From Eledone cirrhosa (taxonomy: Eukaryota): a DNA stretch of 64,000 bases. Under the pieces are notes generated by a model. It was not told the DNA's origin and made no database searches. It saw only the letters and a program-made list of their open reading frames with translations. Every line of letters begins with the position of its first letter. Position 1 is the first letter of the stretch. Of the stretch, positions 25,492 to 38,300 are shown in pieces. The position numbers and the translations under genes were made by a program. The stretch spans positions 86,614,001-86,678,000 of the forward strand of contig OZ024745.1 of the NCBI GenBank assembly GCA_964016885.1, read 5' to 3'.

Positions 25492-26241
25492 CACACACAC
25501 ACACATCTATTATATATTAGTTAGGTATGTAACAACAGTTACAGGCGGCGTGCCGATCGAAGTACGCGATGCTGTTACTAGGTCCGTTTCGTTTGGGTTG
25601 TATTCCAGTGTTACAGCTGTAGTGTGCAGAGTGTATGTATGTACACACACACACACACACACGCGCACCTACACACACACACACACATATATATATATCC
25701 GATCCTGGATATATCCACGTGGCTTGGAGCTTATCAAGAGACACCCTGAGTTTGGACTAAAATTTCTACCGTGATCCCCGCCAGAAATGAATTCAAAAAT
25801 GGTCGGCAGTCGGGACTAGAGTAATTTTGGTAAATTTTATATGCAATTTTTCTTCTCACTTATATTTTAGACCTAACTCCGTTTAGTTGATTATTTGTCT
25901 AGTCAATTTCTACGGGCTAAAAGGAATGGCTAGATAAATTTTATCTGGCTGTCCCTCGCGGAAAATAGTCTGTATCATTTGTCTATTATCTCTTCATAGT
26001 TACATTTTAAACTTATAGCCTCGTTTAAATGATTATTTATGTAGTTGATTTCTACGGACTAGGGAGAGGAAAGACTATATATTTTATCTAATAATTCTTC
26101 AAATTTGCAATTTATATATATATAATTCAAGAAATAAGTGTAACATGGTTGGCTGTTCAATAAGGGCTTTATTCACAGTGCTGACAATTGTTTCGTTGAT
26201 CTGATCTATCCACGCACTCTGATGTATTGATTGGTTGTAAA

Positions 26242-26371
<130 letters not shown>

Positions 26372-26410
26372 TACAAATATTAATAAAATAGATGTTCTTT
26401 TTATCAATTA

Positions 26411-26465
26411 CATTTTATTATACATATTTCAGATGTACAACAGTACGTCCTCATCAGACAAAATA
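26411..26465 (-). ncRNA. Type I hammerhead ribozyme (left arm)
   Basis: Reverse complement of 26561-26615. Confidence 0.8.
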
Positions 26466-26560
26466 TAATGATACATGACATGCCCTGAGATGTTAAATGG
26501 TTAAGATTTAATCAAGGTAGTATCACCATTTAAGATCTTAGGGTATGTCATGTATCATTA

Positions 26561-26615
26561 TATTTTGTCTGATGAGGACGTACTGTTGTACATCTGAAAT
26601 ATGTATAATAAAATG
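26561..26615 (+). ncRNA. Type I hammerhead ribozyme (right arm)
   Basis: TATTTTGT-CTGATGA-GGACGTAC-tgtt-GTACATCT-GAAA-TATGTA-TA-ATAAAATG. Confidence 0.82.
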
Positions 26616-26654
26616 TAATTGATAAAAAGAACATCTATTTTATTTCTCATTCTT

Positions 26655-26690
26655 TCTTCTGATGAAGGACTACCGTACGAAGCGTTAAGA
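26655..26690 (+). ncRNA. Minimal hammerhead, degenerate (GAAG for GAAA); inverted partner of 28916-28951
   Basis: TCTT-CTGATGA-AGGACTACCGTAC-GAAG-CG-TT-AAGA. Confidence 0.6.
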
Positions 26691-26771
26691 CCCGCTTCCT
26701 GCTATATCAAGCGTTAACCTAATATATACCTTCCATATACTGTACCGATTGTGTTGTTATTTCTGTTTACC

Positions 26772-26894
<123 letters not shown>

Positions 26895-26965
26895 GGTGTC
26901 GCAGAAACCCTATACTGGATTTTACCATCAATTCCAAAGGTCCAGGTTTGTTATATATATGTGTG

Positions 26966-27030
<65 letters not shown>

Positions 27031-27228
27031 TTTTGAATGAGGAATGTTCTAACAACTGACCAATGAGAGGAGAAGAGGCCCTTTGACACTGAAATTCATT
27101 TGTTTGAATTCATATGATTCCAGTTCCACAGTGAAATAACAACCCAACCAGGAACTGGGCATATCAGAGTATTGACAAAATTATATACCTCAACAACATA
27201 TGTACTTGTCTATACCACACTAATTCGG

Positions 27229-27283
27229 ACTGCCTGAAGAGGTCACAGCCAAAGATGGCTGTCACCGAAATATATATAGCAGT
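27229..27283 (+). ncRNA. Type I hammerhead ribozyme, intact
   Basis: ACTGC-CTGAAGA-GGTCACAGCCA-aaga-TGGCTGTCACC-GAAA-TATATA-TA-GCAGT. It lies in a ~300-bp segment bounded by (TA)n. Confidence 0.88.
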
Positions 27284-27937
27284 AATAAACGAAGGTAAAT
27301 TTTAAACATTTGACTTTTTATTTTACTTTATTTTATATATATATATATATATATAAATGAAAATAGAGAAATTAATGTAAGCAAGAAGCCAACAGTAATT
27401 CAGACATATAAGTGACTATTACGTCAAAATGAAAACTATTTAACGTAAGATATGGGAAAATAATTTAATCCCAATTCAAAATAAGTCAAGACCAGAAATT
27501 TTATCCACAGATTTAGTGTAATCCTTTGAAAAAACCAATAGAATCTTAACTCAAAATAAAATTAAGAGTAAATACTTATCCGTCAATAAAAAGAATATTT
27601 CACGAATCTTTTCAGTGGGGTTAGTCACAGTTGGAGTCGTTCGTCAGTAGTGCTCATCGCGTTAACTAAGAACCACAGCTAAAATATGCGAGATCCACAG
27701 CTAATATATATATATATGATTATGTCATTTATTTTGTCTGACCTGTTTAGCTTCACTTGTTTTTTGGCTTAGGTGGTTTATGGCTTCTTGACCGCCTTCT
27801 CAGTTTGTATGGCTTTTATAACCTATGTTTATAGCTCTAGTCTTTTAGCCCATGGAGCGCTTGCCAGCAAGACTCGGAATTTGCGTTACGTTTCGCTTTT
27901 TCTACCGCTGAAATGCGATTCTCGCTGAATTTATATT

Positions 27938-28002
<65 letters not shown>

Positions 28003-28068
28003 TGAAACTAGTTAGACCATTACTCAGCAGATACTCGATACTTTCGGTAGTAGAGTATGGCTATATTA

Positions 28069-28155
28069 TAAAGAGTCGGGACCCGACGGCTGAGCTCTAC
28101 TTAGGAACTAACTGTTGAAACGGCAAGAGCTCAGCCGTCGGGTCTCGCCTCTTTA
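28069..28155. repeat. Fold-back palindrome of the 'GACCCCGACGGCTGAGCTC' PLE-terminal family
   Basis: TAAAGAGTCGGGACCCGACGGCTGAGCTCT ... AGAGCTCAGCCGTCGGGTCTCGCCTCTTTA. Confidence 0.8.
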
Positions 28156-28203
28156 AATATACACTCTTATATATATATATGAATATATAAATATGTATGT
28201 GTG

Positions 28204-28262
<59 letters not shown>

Positions 28263-28605
28263 CGAGAGAGAGAGAAAGAGAGAGTAAATGAGTGATTCAG
28301 ATGATATTTGTATGTATCTATGTAAGTATATGTCTGCCTGTATCCCAGAATATAAATGTTTATTTAACTATTGCGTGTATCTGTATACAGAATCATTCTA
28401 TTAGACAACTTCACGTTTTTAAAATCTTCATGAATAATTCACTAGTTATTACTTTTGCCTTAGAATATGCTCTGTTTGTGCACCGCTACACGTTAAATTA
28501 CACAGTATGAACATCTCCTTCACTATATATAACAAATACGCACGCCCCCCCCCCACATATATATATATATAAATGAATGTACATTTATATATATATAAAT
28601 ATATA

Positions 28606-28686
28606 CAGGTTGTCCCCAAAAATGTATACATCAACAGCATTCTAATAAATATACCCTGTATGCATACATTTTTTAGGGACACCCTG
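28606..28686. mobile_element. Tc1/mariner-type MITE (81 bp) with TA TSD
   Basis: TA|CAGGTTGTCCCCAAAAATGTAT ... ATACATTTTTTAGGGACACCCTG|TA. Confidence 0.75.
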
Positions 28687-28763
28687 TACACACACACACA
28701 CATACACACACACATACACACATAAGTAGTTTTAATATTCATTTATTAAGGCTAAATTGTGAG

Positions 28764-28813
28764 TCTTGTTATTCTGGAGTTTCGCCTGTTTATCATAGGG
28801 TTATCAGACAAGA
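28764..28813 (-). ncRNA. Degenerate hammerhead (CTGATAA core)
   Basis: Minus strand: TCTTGT-CTGATAA-CCCTATGATAAACAGGC-GAAA-CTCCAGAA-TA-ACAAGA. Confidence 0.55.
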
Positions 28814-28915
28814 ACGATATATATGTATGTAAAAGGTAAACAGAAATAACAACACAATCGGTACAGTATATGGAAGGAATATATTAGGTTAACGCTTGAA
28901 ATAGCAGGAAGAGGG

Positions 28916-28951
28916 TCTTAACGTTTCGGACGCTAGTCCTTCATCAGAAGA
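28916..28951 (-). ncRNA. Minimal type I hammerhead ribozyme
   Basis: Minus strand: TCTT-CTGATGA-A-GGAC-tagc-GTCC-GAAA-CG-TT-AAGA. Confidence 0.8.
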
Positions 28952-29134
28952 AGGAATGAAAAATAAGATAGATTGAAGGGACGCGTGGGGTGGAATTGGA
29001 AAAAAATGTCTTTAGATAAAAATGACAGGTCCATTCATGTTGTGTGTATGTGTGAGTGTGACAGTTCATTCCTATGCAGGTTTAGCTGGCTTCCTCTAAG
29101 GTATATCTCGTTGGAGGTGTCTTGGGTAATTTAA

Positions 29135-29296
29135 TGATAGGGACCCCAGTCCTATCATCTCATTTCTACAGCTGAGTAAACTGGAGCAGCGTGAAATAAA
29201 GTGTCTTGCTCAAGGAAACAACACATCACCCGGTCCGAGAATTGAACTCACAACCTTTCGATTGCAAGCCCAATGCTCTAACCACCAAGCCACTAA
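29135..29296 (-). mobile_element. CORE-like tRNA-SINE
   Basis: Near-identical to 10474-10643. Confidence 0.8.
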
Positions 29297-29764
29297 GGTG
29301 TATCTGTGTGTGAGTGTGTGCATAAGAAATGTCTTTTTTTTGTAATTATGTGACTGTCACAAATAAAAAGTTCATTTATTTCTTCGTTCAAACTACTCTC
29401 TTGTGTGTGTGTAAAAACGAGATTACAGTCATTTTAATCCTTACAAATTAGAATAGTAACGTTTGAAGTATGAGAGGTAAGGACTAAATATTAAACATTA
29501 CTAGTTGTGACCCGCTAAGTTAGTGGTTCTAAATGAAGGCACTCTCGCCATCCAGAAGGACATGTTCGATATATCTTTAGAATACCTTATATGTTAAAAT
29601 ATCTATAAGGTGCCTGGCTAATTATTAAGCGAATCTGATCCCTTGCGATTTGAACACATATATGTATATATCTGTGTTCGTTTTTCTTTTATATTCAATT
29701 ATAAAAAATATATATATATATTTTATTAATAATGTCCATATTAATTACCTCCTATATGGCTGTT

Positions 29765-30130
29765 TTATTCTTTCCTTCTCTCTTTCTTTCTTCCCTTTTC
29801 TTTTCTTCTTTCTTTTTCTTTCTTCCCTTTTCTTTTCTTCTTTCTTTTTTCTTTCTTTCCTTTTCTTTTCTTTCCTTTTTCTTTCGTTCTTTTTCCTTTC
29901 TTTCGTTCTTTTTCCTTTCTTTCTTTTTTCTTTCTTTTTCATTTTTTACTTTTTCTTTCTTTTTCTTTCTTTTTCTTTTTTCTGTCTTTCTTTTTTTCTT
30001 TCCTTCTTTCTCTTTTCTTTCTTTATTCTTTCTTTCTTTTTCTTTCTTTCTTTCCTCCCTTCGTTCTTTCTTCTCTCCTTCTTTCTCTCTTTTTCATTCA
30101 TTCTTTCTTTCTTTTTCTTTCTTTCGTTCT

Positions 30131-30182
<52 letters not shown>

Positions 30183-30185
30183 TTT
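29765..30185. repeat. (CTTT)n / polypyrimidine tract
   Basis: Direct inspection. Confidence 0.95.
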
Positions 30186-30999
30186 GCTGTAGACTACAAT
30201 ATGGTAGGTGGACACTTCGATAAGCTTATTGTTGTTTTTTAAGACTCAAAACCCCTCTGTTCAAGCAGAAATAGGATCAAAGACGTTTCAACTGTAACTA
30301 GTTTTCTTGTGTAACAGCTATTCCAATGCTTCATTGTCGTTTGTGTTATTTTCTATGATAATAGGATGGAATTTGACGATGAATTAGCTCCTATTTCTAG
30401 CTGGTTAAGCGATAGCACACAGGGTCCATCGTCATTTCGTTAAGACAGAAAACACTTGGGAATCACAACTTTATATTTTTAATTCCAATACTGCTATTAT
30501 CATCATGGCTTTACAGTATTTCGTGTTTGAGAACTTAATTAAATAGAGAAAAATCAGCAATGTAGTATTCCCGTCTTCCTTGTGGGTATCTGTGGAATAA
30601 GTGAAATGTTTCAAACTGAAATTAGAACAATAGCTGTTGTTCGTTCTTCGAAAGTTTGTCGTTATATACTTTGCTTACCACAATCTTGTTAAATATAACT
30701 ATTTCTTATATAAACTTTCTCAGCTAATCACTGAAACACCTGCACAATTCTAGATTTAATTTTTCTAAAGAGATTTTTTTTGTTATAATCTAATTATTCC
30801 TTCCTATCATTTAATTACAATGTTCTATGTTCTAAAGAAAACAAAATTAAATAAAAAAAGCAATCTGATATTTCTTGAAAAAGTTTTAAGTTTCTATATT
30901 TAAAAATTTATATATATATTTCTCTTCTTTATCTCAGTTTTGTTACTCGAATACAATTTGTGCGGATTCTTATGCTTTCTATTCATTTTTATGTAAATA

Positions 31000-31425
31000 T
31001 ATTCCAATTCGGTATTCGTGCCAACCCTTACCTATGGTCATGAATATTGGGTAATGACCGAAATAATACAATCGCGAATACAAGTAGCCGAAATGGGGTT
31101 CATCCGAAGGGTCTTTGGAGTAACGTTATTCGATAGAGTTCGTAGATCAGAGAGTCACACCAAGTAGAGTCGCTACTTCTCCGAATTAAGAGATGACAGC
31201 TTCGATACTATGGGCATGTGGTTAGAATGTCTCAGGAAAGAATCGTTGGACAGATTTTACGGGCAGGACCGACTGGCAGGAGACCCAGCGGTAGAAACTG
31301 AGCAAGATGGTTAGATAACATCCCTGGGCTTGACTGGTGACGCTTGGGGATCCAGCCGGATTAGTTGGAGACGGTTGCTTCTGACAGGACTTACTGGAAG
31401 GAGTGTTTGAGGACTCTGCCCCCGA
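31000..31425 (+). mobile_element. RTE-clade LINE, 3' part of ORF2, degraded
   Basis: FVPTLTYGHEYWVMTE...RIQVAEMGFIRRVFGVTLFDRVR; QLRYYGHVVRMSQER; GRRP.GR..RWLD; DRTYWK. Confidence 0.85.
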
Positions 31426-31789
31426 TATTTCAAAATATATTCAAAATTTTTAAAATGCTCCAAAACCTCCGATGAACCCAAATTTTCTTTAGACGTATGT
31501 GACCAATATATTTATGTAAGAAGTTCAAACTAAAAATCCCCAGAAGGTTGCCTGGCACCGACATATTAGAAAATTATGACATAAGAATGAAGCTGCTTTT
31601 CACTAATCAATGTTTTGTATCTTCATTATCTGCAATGCAAATATTATTGCATGTTATATATTCTATTACTCTATTACGTTTTCCAGCCGATAGGCTGAGA
31701 CCATACTGGGGCACCGCCATCATAAAAACCAAAAACAAACCCTTTCATTCTTTCCTTAGTCGAGATGTGGAATATTCCTGTAAAATAAT

Positions 31790-31960
31790 TGTTTCTATTT
31801 TTGGCGCAAGGCCAGAAATTACCCCAGTGAATTACTGGTGTTTTATTTTATCGACCCTGTAAAGATGAAAGGCGGGATTTGAACTCAGAACGTAAAGGGA
31901 AATAACTCTATGCTACAAAGCATGGTGTCTGACGCTCTACCGATATTGCCGAACCACCGC
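31790..31960 (-). mobile_element. Meta-type SINE with diverged TSD
   Basis: Family match; ATTCCTGTAAAATAAT (31774-31789) versus ATTCCTGCCAAATAAT (31965-31980). Confidence 0.85.
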
Positions 31961-32457
31961 TCTAATTCCTGCCAAATAATACACTTCTAAACACTGTCAA
32001 ATTATGTAAACTTTTCTCTCATTATAAATATTAACTTTTGGTGCGGCTTAGATAGCATTATGAAATAAAGTGTATTGAAACTTTATAGTAGATTTTTAAG
32101 TTAAAGGCAATAAGCACGGGCTCTTTGTGTCGTTATGATTCAGTAATAATTTGATAGGAAATATAAAATGCACCTGTGTCAAATCAGTTAGCTAAACAAC
32201 ACTACGACACAAACAAATTGGGAAAAGATTAACCCTGTGCCTTGTCAAAAGAAATAAATATATAGACATATTATAGACTAATGGAGAAGTAAATAGCGGC
32301 TTCCAATATATATCTTGTCTTTGCTTATATGAAATATCTTTTAATATGTCAAACGACCCTTTGGCAAACACTAACATACTTTTCTACTTTGAGATAACAG
32401 ACGGTTTAATCATGCTTTCAGGCAATTCTATTGATTCTTCATTATTTAGGTTTTGGT

Positions 32458-32636
32458 AAAGGGATGTAACTACGCTTGAAAGCATGTCCGGTAGAGGGTC
32501 GGACATGCTTTCCCTTTACGATCTGAGTTCAAATCCCGCCGAGGTTAAATTTGCCTTTGATCCTTACGAGGTCGATAAAATAAAGTACCAGTAATGTACT
32601 GGTTAATTGCTGGCCTTGTGCCAAAAGTAGAAACAA
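32458..32636 (+). mobile_element. Meta-type SINE with an inverted internal piece moved to its 5' end
   Basis: 32458-32486 is the reverse complement of the CATGCTTTCAAGCATAGTTACGTCCCTTT segment missing from the body. Flanks ATTATTTAGGTTTT / ATTATTTAAGTTTT. Confidence 0.8.
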
Positions 32637-32669
32637 TTATTTAAGTTTTCAAAATGTGAATTCGATGAT

Positions 32670-32749
<80 letters not shown>

Positions 32750-33488
32750 ATGTATGTTATTTTTATTTCAGTTTTCTCTTTGCAACGGACATATTCAATA
32801 AATTCTAATTGTTTCAGACATTATTCTAATGTGTCATGGCTGTCTGACAAAACTTAAAAATGTATAAAGAATTCGACAGTAATTATTATCTCTAAAGAAG
32901 TTAATGCTATTGAAGAGACACCAGCTCTGTTCTTATATACTGAAAGAGTAAAAAAGTGTTAGGTCAATTTTAAAACAATTTTCAGAAAATCACCTACATA
33001 TTCTTTTGTTTATTTTTATTGCCAATCTATTATAATGTATTGCTTGGGAAAACATGAAAGTATATAATCTAATAACTAAAAAAAACCAAAAAAAAACACC
33101 TTATTTTGCTTGTTAAATAATTTAATAATCTCATATATTTTGTTACAGGCAGGACAGCTCGGTAGAAGCGAGTAACATGACCGAGACATCAGAGTGTCTG
33201 TAGCGAAATTAAATTGTTTTACAATATTCAGTTTTGTCCTACTTCATATGTCTACATTTTGAGTTCGTTTCCATCATTTGTATGACAATAATATGAATAG
33301 ACTGCTACAACTGCAAATCCAATAGACGGTAATCCCTGAAACATTAGAACAAATATATATATTCAGATCAGTACTACAACAGGGCCATACCAGGTACGTA
33401 CGTTTCGTTGATCGTTTATAACCAACTTATTCAAACTTGCCCTACGGACTCGAGTTGCACTACACCTTGGATTTTTATTTACCTAATA

Positions 33489-33600
33489 CTGCCGTCGGGG
33501 TCTTGAACATTTTCCTATTACCTACTCTACTACCCATAGTATTGAGTACTCTGGTGCGTTATGGTCCACCTGGTTCCTTACCACACTTCTTTCGTTATTT
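33489..33600 (+). repeat. PLE-terminal family copy (reverse of 56640-56740, 57910-58012 and 58455-58550)
   Basis: GCCGTCGGGGTC...TTTTCCTATTACC...GAGTACTCTGGTGCGTTATGGTCCACCTGG. Confidence 0.75.
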
Positions 33601-33856
33601 ATATATATATATCAAATTATAAAATAAGAGGAAATAATAGACACAGATATATACCTATTTTTTCTTCAAAGTCCCGATTGTACAGTTTCGCTGCTCCGTA
33701 TGCAACAATTGCACATTATAGATATGCAACAACGTTGTGAGGCCAACCAGCTTCTCAAGAAAAACCTCAGGCAAACGACTATTTTCCAGACGCGTTTATC
33801 GCAACTGAGAAAATCTTTATAGGCGAAGGGAGGAATTAACACGTGATACATCGGTC

Positions 33857-33939
<83 letters not shown>

Positions 33940-34009
33940 CCACATATATATATATGCATGTGTATATATAAATATATATATATATATATGTATGTATATA
34001 TATATATAT

Positions 34010-34500
34010 GGAAAAGAATGAAATAAAATTTCATTTCTCACTCTTAGTACGTCTAATACTTAAATGTAAGTATGTATACGTACATACATATATGTATACA
34101 GACGTACAGTAGTATGTATATATATACATACATGCACACATATATATATATATATGTACGTATGGATTTACCGAACATTTATTATAATGTTTGGTTTGTT
34201 TGTAAACAAACAGCCCGAATTAAGCCGTACAGTGTTCGGCAACCATCGTCGCCCTTTTGCTCAACACTGACAAAGGAACAATGAACTAGTTTCAAGCTTA
34301 TTAGCTATCGTCAGCATCGTATACCTTCCTGTCAGATGATTGAACGTTTGAAAGTATATACTTTCCTTATGCATAAGGAAAACCCATACGTACATATATA
34401 TATGTGTGCATGTATGTATATATATACATACTACTGTACGTATGTATACATATATGTATGTACGTATACATACTTACATTTATATATATATATATATTTA
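34010..34500. repeat. Dispersed repeat shared with ~56815-57150
   Basis: AAATTTCATTTCTCACTCTTAGTACG...TATGGATTTACCGAACATTTATTATAATG occurs at both sites. Confidence 0.8.
34278..34320 (-). ncRNA. Minimal type I hammerhead ribozyme
   Basis: Minus strand: ACGATG-CTGACGA-T-AGCT-aata-AGCT-T-GAAA-CTAG-TT-CATTGT. Confidence 0.75.
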
Positions 34501-34711
34501 TATATGAGTGTGTGTGTGAGTCCCGGGTTCAATCGGGGGGTAAGTAACCTCCCCCGACCATCAGAAAACATATAAATACCATCATACCACAATGACAGTT
34601 GGCTTTCTTGATTATTTCCTGCGAATGAAACACTTCTAGACCTATAATTGCCATTCTGTTTTTTTTAATTGCCTCTCTGTTTTTTGTTCCCGTCCCAGTT
34701 TTCACTATATG

Positions 34712-34744
<33 letters not shown>

Positions 34745-34745
<1 letters not shown>

Positions 34746-35345
34746 GTGAAAACTGGGACGGGAACAAAAAACAGAGAGGCAGTACAAACACAAGTTTATT
34801 AGGTTCACGCTCTTGAGAGTGTGTGTGTGTGTGGGGGGGGGGACGACGTTTCGGGCATAAGCCCTTCTTCAGGAAAAACTGGGTGGGAAGAGAGTTTTGA
34901 GGGTGTGTGGGGGAGTGGGGGAGAGACATTTATGAAAAAAGAGGGGGAGGAGAAAAGAGGGAAACTCGGTGGATGGGGTACAAATAAAAATAAAAATAAA
35001 CATAAAGATAAACAAGTGGTGGAAGGGTGTGGGGCGTGTAGGGGTAGGGAGGGGGAGGCGGGGGGTCCGAGCGGGGAGGGCTGAAGGTTGTGTTTGTGTG
35101 TATGTGTGTAGGTGTACGTGTGTGTGTGTGTGTGTATTGAATGTGAGAGTTGGGGGAAGAACGATGTTCCATGTTCAGGAAAAGGTGTGTGCGTGCGTGT
35201 AGATGGGGGAGGGGTCAGAGGGGTGGGGGAGGAGTGGGGGAGGATTCTGGAGGCTGAGTGTGTATATATGGGGGTACGCACGTGTGTGTTGGTGTTTATA
35301 CGAGGTGTGGATGTAGGTGGCGTGGTTCGAAAAAATTTGTTTGTG
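34745..35345 (-). repeat. G/T-rich dispersed repeat ending in a hammerhead core; homolog at ~50410-51100
   Basis: Shared blocks ACAGAGAGGCAG, TTCACGCTCT, GGACGACGTTTCGGGCATAA and TCCGAGCGGGGAGGGCT. Minus 34841-34876 reads CTGAAGA-A-GGGC-ttat-GCCC-GAAA-CG-TC, with stem I not evident. Confidence 0.75.
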
Positions 35346-35382
35346 AGTGTATGTATATGTATATATATATAAATCTATATCA

Positions 35383-38300
35383 TGTCTCTGTTTTTAGCCT
35401 AAGAAAATTCCTATATGCGTGTATAAATAATACATGCATATATTTATTTTTTTAATATCCAATTGAGTTCTTCACGTATGGTTAAAATTATTGAAAGAAT
35501 TAATTGACCTGCGTGCATATTATTTTATTCTTTTATGTTTTGCGATGACTTCCCCTTCTCGTTTTGTGACGGTGTGAAATTTCCCATTGTGAGACTGCTG
35601 GAATTTCAAATTTGGCGGTCACTCTGGCGGGGACGGGTACCATCGCTGAATAGTAATATCGGTAAGGTTTTTTTTATATCGATATTGTCGGGCATCCACT
35701 GATGATTTATAAGTGCCCACCTACATATATTCCTATGGACTATGTGTAGGCTTCTAGATAACCTGGACATTATTTTCCCAATTTGTAGAAAACTTATAAT
35801 GAAACGATCGTTTGGAAAGAGAGATGTATTTAATTATGTGTCATATGAAATAATACAACTAGCTATCCGCAAAATACGTATAGTTAGCACCCCAAACGTA
35901 TAATTGGGATTTTACTAAGGTATATCCTAATGTTTGTTGAGTGAGACGGAAGCCGATCGGAGTATTTCTTAAAGCTTTCTCTGTTAATGTTTTAAATATT
36001 ATACTCTTGATTTGGCCAGAGATGAATATTTCCAGATACTTTTTAGGTATGATTTTCTTTATTTATTCTTTGTAAGAAATATTGATTGTTTTTCCGGAAT
36101 CTTGTCTCTGTTTTTAACCTAAGAAAATTCCTATATGCGTGTATAAATAATACATGCATATATTCAGTCTTTTTATATCCAATTGAGTTCTTCACGCATG
36201 GTTAAAATTATTGAAAGAATTAATTGACCTGCGTGCATATTATTTTATTCTTTTATGTTTTGCGAGGAACTCCCTTTCCCGCTTGGTGACGGTGTGAGAT
36301 TTCTCATTGTGAGACTGCTGGCTGGAATTTTAAATTTGGCGGTCACTCTGGCGGGGACGGGTTTCATCGCTGAATATTAATATCGGTAGGTTTTTTTAAT
36401 ATCGATATTGTCGGGCATCCACTAATGATTTATAAGTGCCCACCTACATATATTCCTATGGACTATAACCTGGATATTATTCTCCCAATTTCTAGAAAAC
36501 TTATAATTAATCGATCGTTTGTAAAGAGAGATGTATTTAATTATGTCTCATATAAAATAATACAACTGGCAATCCGCAAAATACGTATAGTTAGCACCCC
36601 AAACGTATAATTGGGATTAAACTTAGGTATATCCTAATGTTTGTTGAGTGAGACGGAAGCCGGTCGGAGTATTGCTTAAAGCTTTCTCTGTTAATGTATT
36701 AAATATTATACTCTTGATTTGGCCAGAGATGAATATTTCCATATACTTTTTAGGTATAACTTTCTTTATTTATTCTTTGTATGAAATATAGATTGTTTTT
36801 CCGGAATCTTGTCTCTATTTTTAGCCTAAGAAAATTCCTATATGCGTGTATAAATAATACATGCATATATTTATTTTTTTTATATCCAATCGAGTTCTTC
36901 ACGCATGGTTAAAATTATTGAAAGAATTAATTGACCTGCGTGCATATTATTTTATTCTTTTATGTTTTGCGATGACCTTCCCTTCCCGCTTGGTGACCGT
37001 GTGAGATTTCTCATTGTGAGACTGCTGGCTGGAATTTTGAATTTGGCGGTCACTCTGGCGGGGACGGGTACCATCGCTGAATATTAATATCGGTAAGTTT
37101 TTTTTAATATCGATATTGTCGGGCATCCACTGATGATTTATAAGTGCCCACCTACATATATTCCTATGGAGTATGTGTAGGCTTCTACATAACCTGGACA
37201 TTATTTTCCCAATATGTAGAAAACCTATAATGAAACGATCGTTTGGAAAGAGAGATGTATTTAATTATGTCTCATATGAAACAATACAACTGGCTATCCG
37301 CAAACTACGTATAGTTAGCACCCCAAACGTATAATTGGGATTATACTAAGGTATATACTAATGTTTGTTGAGTGAGACGGAAGCCGGTCGGAGTATTGCT
37401 TAAAGCTTTCTCTGTTAATGTATTAATTATTATACTCTTAATTTGGACAGAGATGAATATTTCCAGATACTTTTTAGGTATGACTTTCTGTATTGATTCT
37501 TTGTATGAAATATTGATTGTTTTTCCGGTATCTTGTCTCTATTTTTAGCCTAAGAAAATACCTATATGCGTGTGCAAATAATACATGCATATATTTATTT
37601 TTTTAATATCCAATTGAGTTCTTCACGTATGGTTAAAATTATTGAAAGAATTAATTGACCTGCGTGCATATTATTTTATTCTTTTATGTTTTGCGATGAC
37701 TTCCCCTTCTCGTTTTGTGACGGTGTGAAATTTCCCATTGTGAGACTGCTGGAATTTCAAATTTGGCGGTCACTCTGGCGGGGACGGGTACCATCGCTGA
37801 ATAGTAATATCGGTAAGGTTTTTTTTATATCGATATTGTCGGGCATCCACTGATGATTTATAAGTGCCCACCTACATATATTCCTATGGACTATGTGTAG
37901 GCTTCTAGATAACCTGGACATTATTTTCCCAATTTGTAGAAAACTTATAATGAAACGATCGTTTGTAAAGAGAGATGTATTTAATTATGTCTCATATAAA
38001 ATAATACAACTGGCTATCCGCAAAATACGTATAGTTAGACGGAAGCCGATCGGAGTATTTCTTAAAGCTTTCTCTGTTAATGTTTTAAATATTATACTCT
38101 TGATTTGGCCAGAGATGAATATTTCCAGATACTTTTTAGGTATGATTTTCTTTATTTATTCTTTGTAAGAAATATTGATTGTTTTTCCGGAATCTTGTCT
38201 CTGTTTTTAACCTAAGAAAATTCCTATATGCGTGTATAAATAATACATGCATATATTCAGTCTTTTTATATCCAATTGAGTTCTTCACGCATGGTTAAAA

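Larger units (their letters stand above)
26382..26644. repeat. Fold-back inverted repeat (~120-bp arms) with a hammerhead in each arm
   Basis: Arms 26382-26501 and 26525-26644 are near-perfect reverse complements, beside a (TA)n tract. Confidence 0.92.

Noticed and set aside
29650-30223. Phe/Ser-rich and Lys/Glu/Arg-rich ORFs
   Set aside because: Translations of a (CTTT)n tract.
35690-35750. CTGATGA inside the 720-bp satellite unit (possible retrozyme array)
   Set aside because: No stem II followed by GAAA and no closing stem I; the heptamer is not kept in all units.
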